The translations under genes and the position numbers were made by a program. Below the pieces are notes generated by a model that was given only the letters and a program-made list of their open reading frames with translations, ran no database searches and had not been told where the DNA came from. Shown here piece after piece: positions 12,301-18,140 of a stretch of DNA of 64,000 nt (the stretch's first letter is position 1; each line of letters starts with the position of its first letter). The stretch is from an uncultured Clostridia bacterium (GTDB lineage: Bacteria > Bacillota > Clostridia > Christensenellales > Borkfalkiaceae): the NCBI GenBank assembly GCA_944358655.1, contig CALVRO010000008.1, positions 320 to 64,319 of the forward strand, in the 5' to 3' direction.

Positions 12301-13871
12301 GCCATGTGTTCGGCGAATGGATACAGGAGGTCGCTCCCGATTGTCTTACTGTCGGCAGCGAACGCCGCGATTGCCTGTATTGCGACGCCTCCGAAACGCG
12401 CGAGCTCGCGGCTTTGGGGCATGATTTAGTTCACCACGAGGCCAAGTCGCCCACATGTACCGAAGTCGGCTGGGATGCGTACGACACCTGCTCGCGCTGC
12501 GATTATACGACATATAAAGAGATACCCGCGAAAGGCCACACGCCCGAGGCTATCCCCGCAAAGGCCGCGACTTGCACGGAGACGGGCCTCACCGAGGGCA
12601 GCAAGTGCTCCGTCTGCGGCGTTATTTTGGAGGAGCAGGAACCCATTCCCGCACTCGGCCATGCATGGAGTGAGTGGACGCAGACCAAAGCTCCGACGTG
12701 TACGGAAGTCGGCGAAGATCAGCGCATTTGTGCGAACGATCCTGCCCATGTTGAAACACGGACGGTTGGAGCGCTCGGGCATGATTTAGTTCACCACGAG
12801 GCCAAGTCGCCCACATGTACCGAGGTCGGCTGGGAGGCATACGACACATGCTCGCGCTGCGACTATACAACGTATAAGGAGATACCCGCGAAAGGCCACA
12901 CGCCCGAGGTTATCCCCGACAAGGCGGCGACCTGCACGGAGACGGGCATCACCGAGGGCAGCAAGTGTTCCGTCTGCGGAGATATTCTGGTAGAGCAGGA
13001 AACCATTCCCGCGCTCGGCCATGCGTGGAGCGAGTGGACGCAGACCAAGGCTCCGACATGCACGGAAGAAGGCGAGGAGCAGCGCATTTGTGCGAACGAT
13101 CCCGCCCATGTTGAAACACGGACGGTTGGAGCGCTCGGGCATGATTTAGTTCATCACGAGGCAAAGGCGCCCACCTGTACCGAAATCGGCTGGGAGGCAT
13201 ACGACACATGCTCGCGCTGCGATTACACGACATATAAAGAGATGCCCGCAAAAGGTCACACGCCCGAAACTATCCCCGGCAAGGCGGCGACCTGTACGGA
13301 GACGGGCCTCACCGAGGGCAGCAAGTGCTCCGTCTGCGGCGATATTCTGGTAGAGCAGGAAACCATTCCCGCACTCAATCATGACTATACAAACGTAGAG
13401 CCCGTATGGAGCTGGGACGGCCTGACTTCCGCAACGGCGTCCTTCGCCTGCACAAGGGAGGGCTGCGAGCACGTCGAAGTGATCACGGCTGTAATAACCA
13501 ACGAGGTGACGACTGCCGCGACCTGCGAGACCGAGGGCGTCAGAACGTACACCGCCACTGTAACGTTCGGCGAAAAGGCCTTCACAGACACCAAGACGGA
13601 AGCTATTGCTGCGCTCGGGCATGACTTCGGCGAGTGGGCTACTACCAGGGAGCCCACGGCTACCGAGGACGGCGAACAGCAACGCGAATGTTCGCGCTGC
13701 GGCGAGAAGCAAACGCAACCTGTTCCCGCTACGGGCGTGGGTGCGGAAGAAGAGGGGGCGGGCTGCGGCTCAGCCTGCAGTTCCGCGGGCCCCGTAAGCG
13801 GACTTATAGGGGTGTGCTCGGCTCTTGCGGTCGTAATGCTCGTCTCTGCAAAACGCAGAAAAAATAAATAA
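3315..13871 (+). CDS. Giant cell-surface protein: S8 subtilase + BspA-type LRR array + Cys/His-rich repeat modules + C-terminal GCGS/TM/basic tail
   Basis: 3518-aa ORF with RBS caaGGAGGatgacttATG. N-terminal hydrophobic signal-anchor, then a propeptide-like segment. Subtilase triad: D in AVIDTGID (~3834), H in YGHGT (~3957), S in GTSFASP (~4419). A Listeria/Bacteroides-type repeat follows (FDGWYYD). The recurring IP..V..IG..AF..C..L LRR units run from ~4870 to ~11000. Two more GW-type repeats lie at ~11300-11640. About 16 Cys-rich modules occupy 11640-13720. The tail is GAGCGS + hydrophobic helix + KRRKNK. Confidence 0.9.
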   Translation: MSGKNKVKTLALCIIALVFFIAVALGCWFLFSESKLDKIQQSAISELDANVGRYDESKIVLGNTSRSAATAMAEKYGAKLRITQDGSFATLTLPEGVTIRDVFSARENRGDIPYMSIDYMANASETDEDGLMPATPEYDVSDDLYGYQSYLDYINIGETWNSYRGSGVTVAVIDTGIDTDHPEFAGKISEYSYNATEDKVVKDYDLSVIEDEYGHGTAVAGTIAAAMDGSGTVGVAPEVSLLVIKAECSPNGTFYRTSDLVFGLYYAIERDADVVNMSFGGYGGNAYASATKLAVESDIVCVAAAGNDATSVLMYPAADENVIGVGALADGSYELAGYSNYGDNSDVVAPGTVYTTLMGGTYGTINGTSFASPIVAGAIALLKNQSAYMETEEVRELLYASTADIGSLGDDWFFGYGALDVNALVCEERGIVTFDMLTDEVEDIQRVFIRDHTLQNLPEPERNYAVFDGWYYDIHCTEELNWYSDRFVSDITLYANWVNEDDGIPYTYVILDDGTVEIRSYTGHRRYITIPDRIEGRVVSSIGDFAFENCSELRQINLPEGLVNIGMGAFSGCSQLSSVAIPDGVTYIGSQAFANNARLAEVAWSPDIALTTIGDMAFANCGSLTRFDVPRNVSYLNGSAFFGANGMRMFSVAAGNGHFYADGGVLFDITGDTLVAYPAGLSGGYDLPENVTRIGTHAFGYARLTDIDLGNVQTIDRYAFAYSLLEELSIPDSVTYFGEYAFAYNYYLKDLTIGRGVYSITKYAFMYDYELAELNLPANIIQIEMWAFAYAGVGRINFAPDGDLMQIGDYSFYMCDIRELDIPGSLMSIGGAAFSWNTALSQVTFTDNANLQYIGGEAFGYAYSLKSITLPDGLLEVGDYAFRDSALAGTVCIPASVNHIGFGVFAECHDLENIEVDADSACYVDADGVVYTYDLTTLVMYPVGNMRTLYEIPEGTLVVNEGAFYGAHELTDIVLPFSLTNIEAYAFYDVPNITRIDIPDNVIQISNYAFANDRALENINFTENSKLPRISYAAFAYTGITSFRVPASVTSVAQYAFEGCSRLTSITFVAGSKLESVTAYMFLGCDALTEVIFEDGSALSSIQAHGFEGMKKLNRVDFGDAALKNIDNFAFRYDEALQSITIPDGVEYIGRYAFYMAKSLSEVTLPASVNFIGRNAFYGTDDIDVYFTSELLPATLQENWDSGIAGYYLNVENVAEEGDWKYAVSASGNVTILEYNGESTEIDLNDVPITAEGDIVSIGGYAFYDSPVESVILPDTLINIQRYAFAYSALGSISVPAGVTFIGAYAFYNTPIESATFAEGSALGRIEQYAFAYTQSLSGIALPAALNAIGTYAFHNSGIAALTFAEDSILTDIPAHCFSATSLVGVVLPDSVVYVDDSAFRDCRNLASVTFGGGEDLQLHSNVFYNTGLTSLNIPANVEYIGEYTFVGLEKLTAFTVDENNKYYSSVDGVLYNKDGSKLIAMPAGRTGSFTVPAHVESIGFGAFENSSLSEVLFEDGINLLALGYRSFYNAENLKTISIPASVVSIDYYAFAECDSLYEVEFAPDNKLTGIYEGAFLNCADLTNIVVPDSIVEISDYAFYGCRSLDSLPVSDTSELKGIYDYAFAYSGIDELDLPVTITDIGDYAFMGTDLTSVTVPDDNKLYLNMGIGVFADCDRMTEITLPFVGAGYEDEDISWFGYIFGAGSYEANASYVPKSLEEVTISDGLTFIGENAFYGLADLKRINVPHSVTALYLGAFEGTTAIYELTNVISIYGSDTPSHSFFGNGISGTLHLAEGITKIGNWTMNDMGNLEEFIIPDSVTLIEYCAFYNCDNLLSVTIGSGVQEIGGGAFYGCTRLASVYNRSSLSIEFGAESNGNVASYAKLLISADGTKTYSDGEFIYIDTPDDFRFIKEGDNYTLIDYNGDNDIVELPVSIEGNMYEIYLERNTRIKKVIVPEGITQIGKNAFNTCTNLVEVILPESLLAIGESAFYDCTALKKVNIPSQVTQIPYQCFKNCSSLEEIIIPNGVTYIGDSAFEGTALKSVSIPDGVTYVRGGAFNNCAELTSVYIGSGLNEFSSSTFAECNDLNELIFSPENMNFVSINSFVYNKEVTEILFAPRNASGTIILPDTITHIGASAFSGCANITEIVIPESVTGIDSSAFKDCRSLTEINLPEGITSISGGVFENCSSLLHINIPSTVTTIESYAFGGCTKLSDVVIPDGVEFIGNRAFFECKAIDRIVLPDSVVTLDDDAFNSCYGLKEVVLSENMTEIAVGVFSHCYNLYRITIPAGIQSIDGTWAFYNCYKLYEVINNSALPITFDNADYGWLTQKCKVIINADGTKMTRYDDVITIDTPEGFRFVRENGYYSLNDYLGENTDIALPADIEGSSYSINLRGVSNIRSVVVPEGFTFIDDFAFYGCVNLESVALPSSIEVIGGSAFSECVSLKNVDMQSGVRQIGSDAFSNSTSLEEAPLPDTVTQIGSRVFQNTAFYNDAQNWTDGGLYNGKNLISVRKDITNFVVAGDTVCIAEDAFEDCFILTHVTIGGEHRGALYNVTNLRTLVLTSVPSSVFGYFDQYGASVPVTLENIVVRLGCEMGGSGTFSGIYGVTIYVEEKENNVLWDIDYPNWNNNNSVYYGGDWIKARFYDFENGLISEDYYTTEQMIRQPYVGDIIRGEEKYVFVGWDIDGDGVADTLPAMSAYDITAKAVMVDSAVTYSIVFLGMDNEVLYSYEAEYGSRITPPESVEIKGYDFIEWIGYVPGMTVTGDVEFLSEWQHVGGGHEYTCTTVDPTCTEEGYDLYVCAACGDEYRQNIVEPLGHTFGQWVTETPASCSEEGLAYRLCSACGCREESILAPAGHSYVVTGGSKATCTHSGERIYTCSVCGNVVKEEVDPTGHNYEKKVVKKSIFQLILEALANVFFGYEGEDIYFFRCADCGKIMTGENMPVMGTSSSGSHTHAGGEWTVLTPASCQEGYEVKYCLICNEVAEARVVAPNGSHVFGEWIQEVAPDCLTVGSERRDCLYCDASETRELAALGHDLVHHEAKSPTCTEVGWDAYDTCSRCDYTTYKEIPAKGHTPEAIPAKAATCTETGLTEGSKCSVCGVILEEQEPIPALGHAWSEWTQTKAPTCTEVGEDQRICANDPAHVETRTVGALGHDLVHHEAKSPTCTEVGWEAYDTCSRCDYTTYKEIPAKGHTPEVIPDKAATCTETGITEGSKCSVCGDILVEQETIPALGHAWSEWTQTKAPTCTEEGEEQRICANDPAHVETRTVGALGHDLVHHEAKAPTCTEIGWEAYDTCSRCDYTTYKEMPAKGHTPETIPGKAATCTETGLTEGSKCSVCGDILVEQETIPALNHDYTNVEPVWSWDGLTSATASFACTREGCEHVEVITAVITNEVTTAATCETEGVRTYTATVTFGEKAFTDTKTEAIAALGHDFGEWATTREPTATEDGEQQRECSRCGEKQTQPVPATGVGAEEEGAGCGSACSSAGPVSGLIGVCSALAVVMLVSAKRRKNK
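12411..13378 (+). repeat. In-frame tandem repeat, 360-bp unit x ~2.7, inside the giant gene
   Basis: The lines starting at 12421, 12781 and 13141 align base-for-base (atgatttagttcaccacgaggccaagtcgcc...) with only scattered substitutions. Each unit encodes 120 aa, which is three Cys/His modules. Confidence 0.92.
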
Positions 13872-13880
13872 CACAATGTC

Positions 13881-13913
13881 GGCGCGCGCCTTAACAGGCG
13901 CGCGCCTTTTTTT
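13881..13913 (+). terminator. Intrinsic terminator of the giant gene
   Basis: GGCGCGCGCC-ttaaca-GGCGCGCGCC followed by TTTTTTT. Confidence 0.88.
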
Positions 13914-14047
13914 ATAAAAAAGCCAATGCGAATTTAACGCTGTCCGATAATTTGCCCTGAAAAGTTATGCTGGATGGAGATGGTAATTTTCTAAATTAGA
14001 GGGCCTATTTAGTTGCTATTGTACTTGCTCTACTGGGATTTGCCTAT

Positions 14048-14474
14048 CGGAGCCATTCTGGTGATAATGGCTTTCGGGTACACCTGTTCCCTCGTCGGCG
14101 CAAATGCCGTTTGCGGAAATGCTCGCAACCTCACATTTCCGCCTTAAAGCATTGCGCCTCCTCTTCCCGCAAAAGCCGTGGTTTTGCGGGAGCCCTTTTG
14201 GAACACAGAAGTTAAGCTCGTCTACGGACGGGCAAGCGCAGCGCTGCTTTGGAGGCGAAGCCGAACAATATGTACTCAGCCATCCAAGGCTCGGGAGGCC
14301 GAGGGCAGAATTCTCAAAACAATGGACACCCATTGTTTTGCTGCCCGAGATGAGCAAGGACATACGACTCGTCCGAGCGGTAACCGAGCAAGGAGGTTTC
14401 CTTACGCCTTGCGAGAAAGCAAGTTGCCGGATTTCATTAAAAAGCGCCCGTTTTCAGTCGAAAACGGGCGCTTT
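14048..14474. repeat. Mosaic intergenic repeat element, copy 1
   Basis: Two blocks (14048-14140 and 14184-14296) are about 90% identical to 52090-52183 and 52522-52634. The element also holds a CAAAACAA hairpin module (14303-14346) and a terminal hairpin (14440-14474). Confidence 0.75.
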
Positions 14475-14769
14475 CCTCATGATTTTAACCGTTTTTGTTG
14501 GTTGCATATCTATTAAATAAAGCAATGGGAGCGGACTTCAATCCCTCGTTTCTTTCACCGATACGGGCATTTTGCTTGCATTATCTACGATACATTTCAC
14601 ATTATATCATACTGAACCCCCCGCTTATCAAGCAAAATAAGAACGTATGTTTGCATTTTGTTGTGAGCAATTTAAGTTGTGATCGGTAATCTTTTTTCTT
14701 GACATTCAATGTGGCATGAGTTATAATTAGTAAGAAAAGTAATACTAATTATACCAAAAGGAGCAAAAA

Positions 14770-14997
14770 ATGGAGAATTTCCCCGAAGGTAAGTTTCTGG
14801 CTACGGTAAAGATTGGCCCCAAAGGGCAGATCGTCATCCCTAAAGAGGTGCGTGATATGTTCTCGCTGGATCCGGGAGATTCGCTGGTCTTGATGGCAGA
14901 CAAAGGGCAAGGCATTGCTTTGCAGCCGTTTTCTTACATGGAAACGCTTTGGAATGCCGTCAATCAAGTTAAAAACGGAGACAAAGAGCAAAAATGA
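14770..14997 (+). CDS. AbrB/MazE/SpoVT-family DNA-binding protein
   Basis: 75 aa. The stretch ATVKIGPKGQIVIPKEVRDMFSLDPGDSLVLMAD is a typical SpoVT-AbrB swapped-hairpin motif. RBS aaaaGGAGcaaaaaATG. The stop overlaps the next start (ATGA). Confidence 0.85.
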   Translation: MENFPEGKFLATVKIGPKGQIVIPKEVRDMFSLDPGDSLVLMADKGQGIALQPFSYMETLWNAVNQVKNGDKEQK

Positions 14998-15845
14998 ATG
15001 CACTTGAAGTAAAAGGACTGACGAAAGACTATCCCGAATTCACGCTTGATAAGGTCAGCTTTTGCGTACCGCAGGGGCATATCGTCGGGCTCATCGGCAG
15101 GAACGGCGCAGGGAAAAGCACGACGATCAAAGGCATCCTGCGGCTTATCGCGGCAGAAGGCGCAGTTTCGGTCTTTGGAAAGAATATGGATGAGGGTGAA
15201 ATGGCGGTAAAGCAGATGATCGGCTATGTTGGCGGCGGCTTTCGATATTATCCTATGAATACGCTTGCCGCTATCCGCAAAGCATACTCGCCTTTCTATT
15301 CGACGTGGAATCAGGGCAAGTATGAAAAATTCCTTGCGCAATTCGATTTGTCCGAACGAAAGAAGGTCAAAGAACTTTCCGAGGGCATGAAGGTAAAGTT
15401 TGCGCTTGCCCTCGCCCTTTCGCACGGAGCAAAGCTACTCATCATGGACGAACCGACGAGCGGGCTCGATCCGCTTTCGCGTGAAGAGTTTTGCGACATT
15501 GTTTTGCAGCTTGTGCGGGAGGAAGGCGTTTCCGTCCTCTTTTCTACGCATATCACGTCCGATTTGATGCGCATTGCCGACGACATAGTCTATATCTCGC
15601 AGGGCAAGCTACTTGCGGCGTGTCCGCTGAAAGAATTGCTGGATAAATATAAGTTGGCGCATTTTTCATCTCTTGCAGACGCGACGGCCGCCAAAGCCAT
15701 CGGCGTGAAGGCGGTCAAAGAAGGCTACGAAGGGCTGCTGTCCCGTGATATGCAAATATCATCGAGCGCTACTGTGGTAGACGCAACGATCGATAATATC
15801 ATCGTGCATTTGGAAAAAGCAAACGAGGGGGAAAGGGTATGCTGA
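14994..15845 (+). CDS. ABC transporter ATP-binding protein
   Basis: Walker A GRNGAGKST, signature LSEGMKVK, Walker B LLIMDEPTSGLD, H-loop STH. Confidence 0.93.
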   Translation: MNALEVKGLTKDYPEFTLDKVSFCVPQGHIVGLIGRNGAGKSTTIKGILRLIAAEGAVSVFGKNMDEGEMAVKQMIGYVGGGFRYYPMNTLAAIRKAYSPFYSTWNQGKYEKFLAQFDLSERKKVKELSEGMKVKFALALALSHGAKLLIMDEPTSGLDPLSREEFCDIVLQLVREEGVSVLFSTHITSDLMRIADDIVYISQGKLLAACPLKELLDKYKLAHFSSLADATAAKAIGVKAVKEGYEGLLSRDMQISSSATVVDATIDNIIVHLEKANEGERVC

Positions 15846-16495
15846 ATTTAATTAAAAAGGAAATCGCTCTTTGTATGCACCCTACGGCTTTTATCTTTCT
15901 CTTCTTTGCCGTGCTTGTGTTTGTGCCGAATTATCCGTATGAAGTCATTTTCTTTTTCTCCTGCCTTTCGGTATTTTTTTGCTGCATGATGGGAAGAGAA
16001 AACGGCGATATTGCATTTTCCTGCGCATTGCCCGTAAAAAAGGAGCATATCCCCATTGCAAAGATGCTGGTGGTATTCGGGCTGCAAGGTATCATTTTGT
16101 TGCTTGTTGGTATCTTCGGCGCAGTCAAAGGCGCTGTTTTGCCTGCGGAGCAGTGTGTCAATCAGGCGGGTATCTCGGCAAATCTTGCTTTGGTCGGCAA
16201 TGGTGCGGTATTGCTCGGCGTGTTCAACTTGATTTTCTTTCCGCGTTATTTCAAATCTCCCGATAAGATCGGCGTTCCGTTCGTGATGGGTGCGATTGCA
16301 GTGTTCTTGCTGATTAGCGTTTTTATCGTTTTACGTTGGGCAACGCCGCTGTATTCCGTTGCGCTGAACGGGCTGAATTCGCAAAATGGCGGCGCAAAAG
16401 CAGTAGCTCTGACCATAGGGATAATAGTTTATATTGTTCTGTCTGCGATAAGCTGCAAATTATCCATGAAGCGCTTTCAGTCGATCGACGTTTGA
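15839..16495 (+). CDS. ABC-2 family permease
   Basis: 218-aa polytopic membrane protein that overlaps the ATPase stop. The MLNLIKKEI start is typical of ABC-2 permeases paired with such ATPases. Confidence 0.75.
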   Translation: MLNLIKKEIALCMHPTAFIFLFFAVLVFVPNYPYEVIFFFSCLSVFFCCMMGRENGDIAFSCALPVKKEHIPIAKMLVVFGLQGIILLLVGIFGAVKGAVLPAEQCVNQAGISANLALVGNGAVLLGVFNLIFFPRYFKSPDKIGVPFVMGAIAVFLLISVFIVLRWATPLYSVALNGLNSQNGGAKAVALTIGIIVYIVLSAISCKLSMKRFQSIDV

Positions 16496-16510
16496 GGGTG
16501 TGTACATAAG

Positions 16511-16544
16511 AAAAGCCATCGGATATTGTTTCCGATGGCTTTTG
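16511..16544. terminator. Bidirectional terminator between the convergent permease and purF genes
   Basis: AAAGCCATCGGA-loop-TCCGATGGCTTT, flanked by an A-run and a T-run. Confidence 0.7.
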
Positions 16545-16660
16545 TCGTACATTGGATCGGCTGCCTCGTTTGTAATTTGAATTTTTGTGTCCATTTGAAC
16601 GCTCAGACCTCCGCAGGCAGTTTCTCCTGCGCCGTCATAGAGGGCGAATTTCGCGTTTGG

Positions 16661-18112
16661 TCATTCCGGGACGTCGGTATTTTCCTTTCTCGGGAACATG
16701 CCGAGTTTCTGTTCAAATTTGTCCTTGGCAGCGCCCGAGTATGTGCGCGTGGGGTATTTGCCGCTGAAACATGCCGCGCACGGCCGCACGCCACGGGGAA
16801 GCGGCGCCATATCGCGCAACTTTCCGAGGGGCAGATAGCCGAGCGAATCCGCGCCCGTAATTTTTGCTATCTCTTCGGGAGTATGCTTGCAGGCGATAAG
16901 GTTTTCCTGCGAATCGATATCCGTTCCGTAATAGCACGGGAAGAGGAAGGGGGGAGAGGAGATGCGCAGATGAACCTCTTTTGCCCCCGCCTCTTTAAGC
17001 AGCGCCACTATCTTGGTTATAGTTGTGCCGCGGACTATCGAATCGTCTATGAGCACCACGCGCTTGCCTTCCACCGCGCTCTTTACCGCGTTCAGCTTTA
17101 TCCGCACGCCGCTCTTGCGCTGCGCCGCCGTAGGCTGGATAAACGTCCTGCCTATATACTTATTTTTGACCAGCCCCGTATCGAAGGGAATGTGCGCCTC
17201 TTCGGCATAGCTGATCGCCGCGTCCAGTCCCGAATCGGGCACGCCTATGACTACGTCTGCGTCTGCGGGATACGTCTTTGCAAGTATCGCGCCGGCGCGC
17301 CTTCTTGCCTCGTGCACGGCTATTCCGTCTATCACCGAATCGGGGCGCGCAAAATAGATGTATTCGAATACGCAGGGCGAGGGCTTGCAGCTGCCCGTGG
17401 ACAGCGAGCGCACTTCGCGTCCGTCGGTTATAAGCATTTCCCCCGCCTTCAGATCGCGTATGAACGAGGCGCCCGCCGCGCTCAGCGCACAGCTCTCCGA
17501 AGCGAATACAAAAGCTCCGTCGTCGGTCTTTCCTAAGCACAGCGGACGGAAGGCGTGCGGATCGCGCACGGCGATCAGCTTTGTGGGCGACATGACTATC
17601 AGGGAATATGCGCCTTTGATGCGGCGGCATGCCCTTGCTATCGCCTCCTCTATAGAGGAGCTTTTAAGCCTTTCGCGGGTTATAAGGTAGGCTATTATTT
17701 CGGAATCGCTTGCCGAATGGAATATGGCGCCCCGCTCTTCGAGCTCCGCCCTCAGAACGCCCGCGTTAGCCAGGTTCCCGTTGTGCACCAGCGCCATTCT
17801 GCCGTTCTTGTGGTTGACCATTATAGGTTGGGCGTTGCGCACGTCGTTTCCGCCCGTCGTGCCGTAGCGCACATGCCCTACAGCCATATTGCCCGTCCCC
17901 AGCGACGCTTGCGCGGCGGGTGTGAACACTTCGCCCACGAGCCCCGTCTGTTTGTAACAGCGCAGGTAGCCGTCGTCGTTCACGGCAATGCCGCAGCTCT
18001 CCTGACCGCGGTGTTGCAGGGCATACAGCCCGTAGTATGTCGTGTTCACCACATCCTGCGTGCTGTTGCACGCAATGCCGAATATGCCACATTCTTCGTG
18101 TATTTCGTCCAT
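16661..18112 (-). CDS. purF: Amidophosphoribosyltransferase (glutamine PRPP amidotransferase)
   Basis: N-terminal MDEIHEECGIFGI (Ntn Cys after a short propeptide). Also YGLYALQHRGQES, VHNGNL, a PRTase loop VVLIDDSIVRGTT, and C-terminal Cys ligands CVFEYIYF...CAACFSGKYP. Confidence 0.93.
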   Translation of the reverse strand: MDEIHEECGIFGIACNSTQDVVNTTYYGLYALQHRGQESCGIAVNDDGYLRCYKQTGLVGEVFTPAAQASLGTGNMAVGHVRYGTTGGNDVRNAQPIMVNHKNGRMALVHNGNLANAGVLRAELEERGAIFHSASDSEIIAYLITRERLKSSSIEEAIARACRRIKGAYSLIVMSPTKLIAVRDPHAFRPLCLGKTDDGAFVFASESCALSAAGASFIRDLKAGEMLITDGREVRSLSTGSCKPSPCVFEYIYFARPDSVIDGIAVHEARRRAGAILAKTYPADADVVIGVPDSGLDAAISYAEEAHIPFDTGLVKNKYIGRTFIQPTAAQRKSGVRIKLNAVKSAVEGKRVVLIDDSIVRGTTITKIVALLKEAGAKEVHLRISSPPFLFPCYYGTDIDSQENLIACKHTPEEIAKITGADSLGYLPLGKLRDMAPLPRGVRPCAACFSGKYPTRTYSGAAKDKFEQKLGMFPRKENTDVPE

Positions 18113-18140
18113 ATTTATCCTCGCATGGGCTAAACTTTGT

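Noticed and set aside
12411-13378. Regular 360-bp periodic repeats considered as a possible CRISPR-like or satellite array.
   Set aside because: The units are contiguous with no unique spacers, stay in frame inside a long ORF, and encode recognisable Cys/His protein modules. This is a coding tandem duplication, not a CRISPR array.
14104-14520. 138-aa and 112-aa ORFs in the mosaic repeat, and their counterparts at 52379-52606, 52134-52382 and 52076-52513. They share peptide strings such as FCGSPFGTQKLSSSTDGQA.
   Set aside because: The shared peptides merely reflect shared DNA. The ORFs use different frames and boundaries in the two copies and lack RBSs, and the element is rearranged internally. 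It is more likely non-coding repeat DNA.
16526-17536. 336-aa + strand ORF. Other + strand ORFs occur at 17555-18133, 18924-19442, 23052-24005, 25198-25767 and 114-1214.
   Set aside because: They lie antisense to purF, the GOGAT genes, amt, glnN and pepT, all of which carry clear catalytic motifs. No independent support exists for them.
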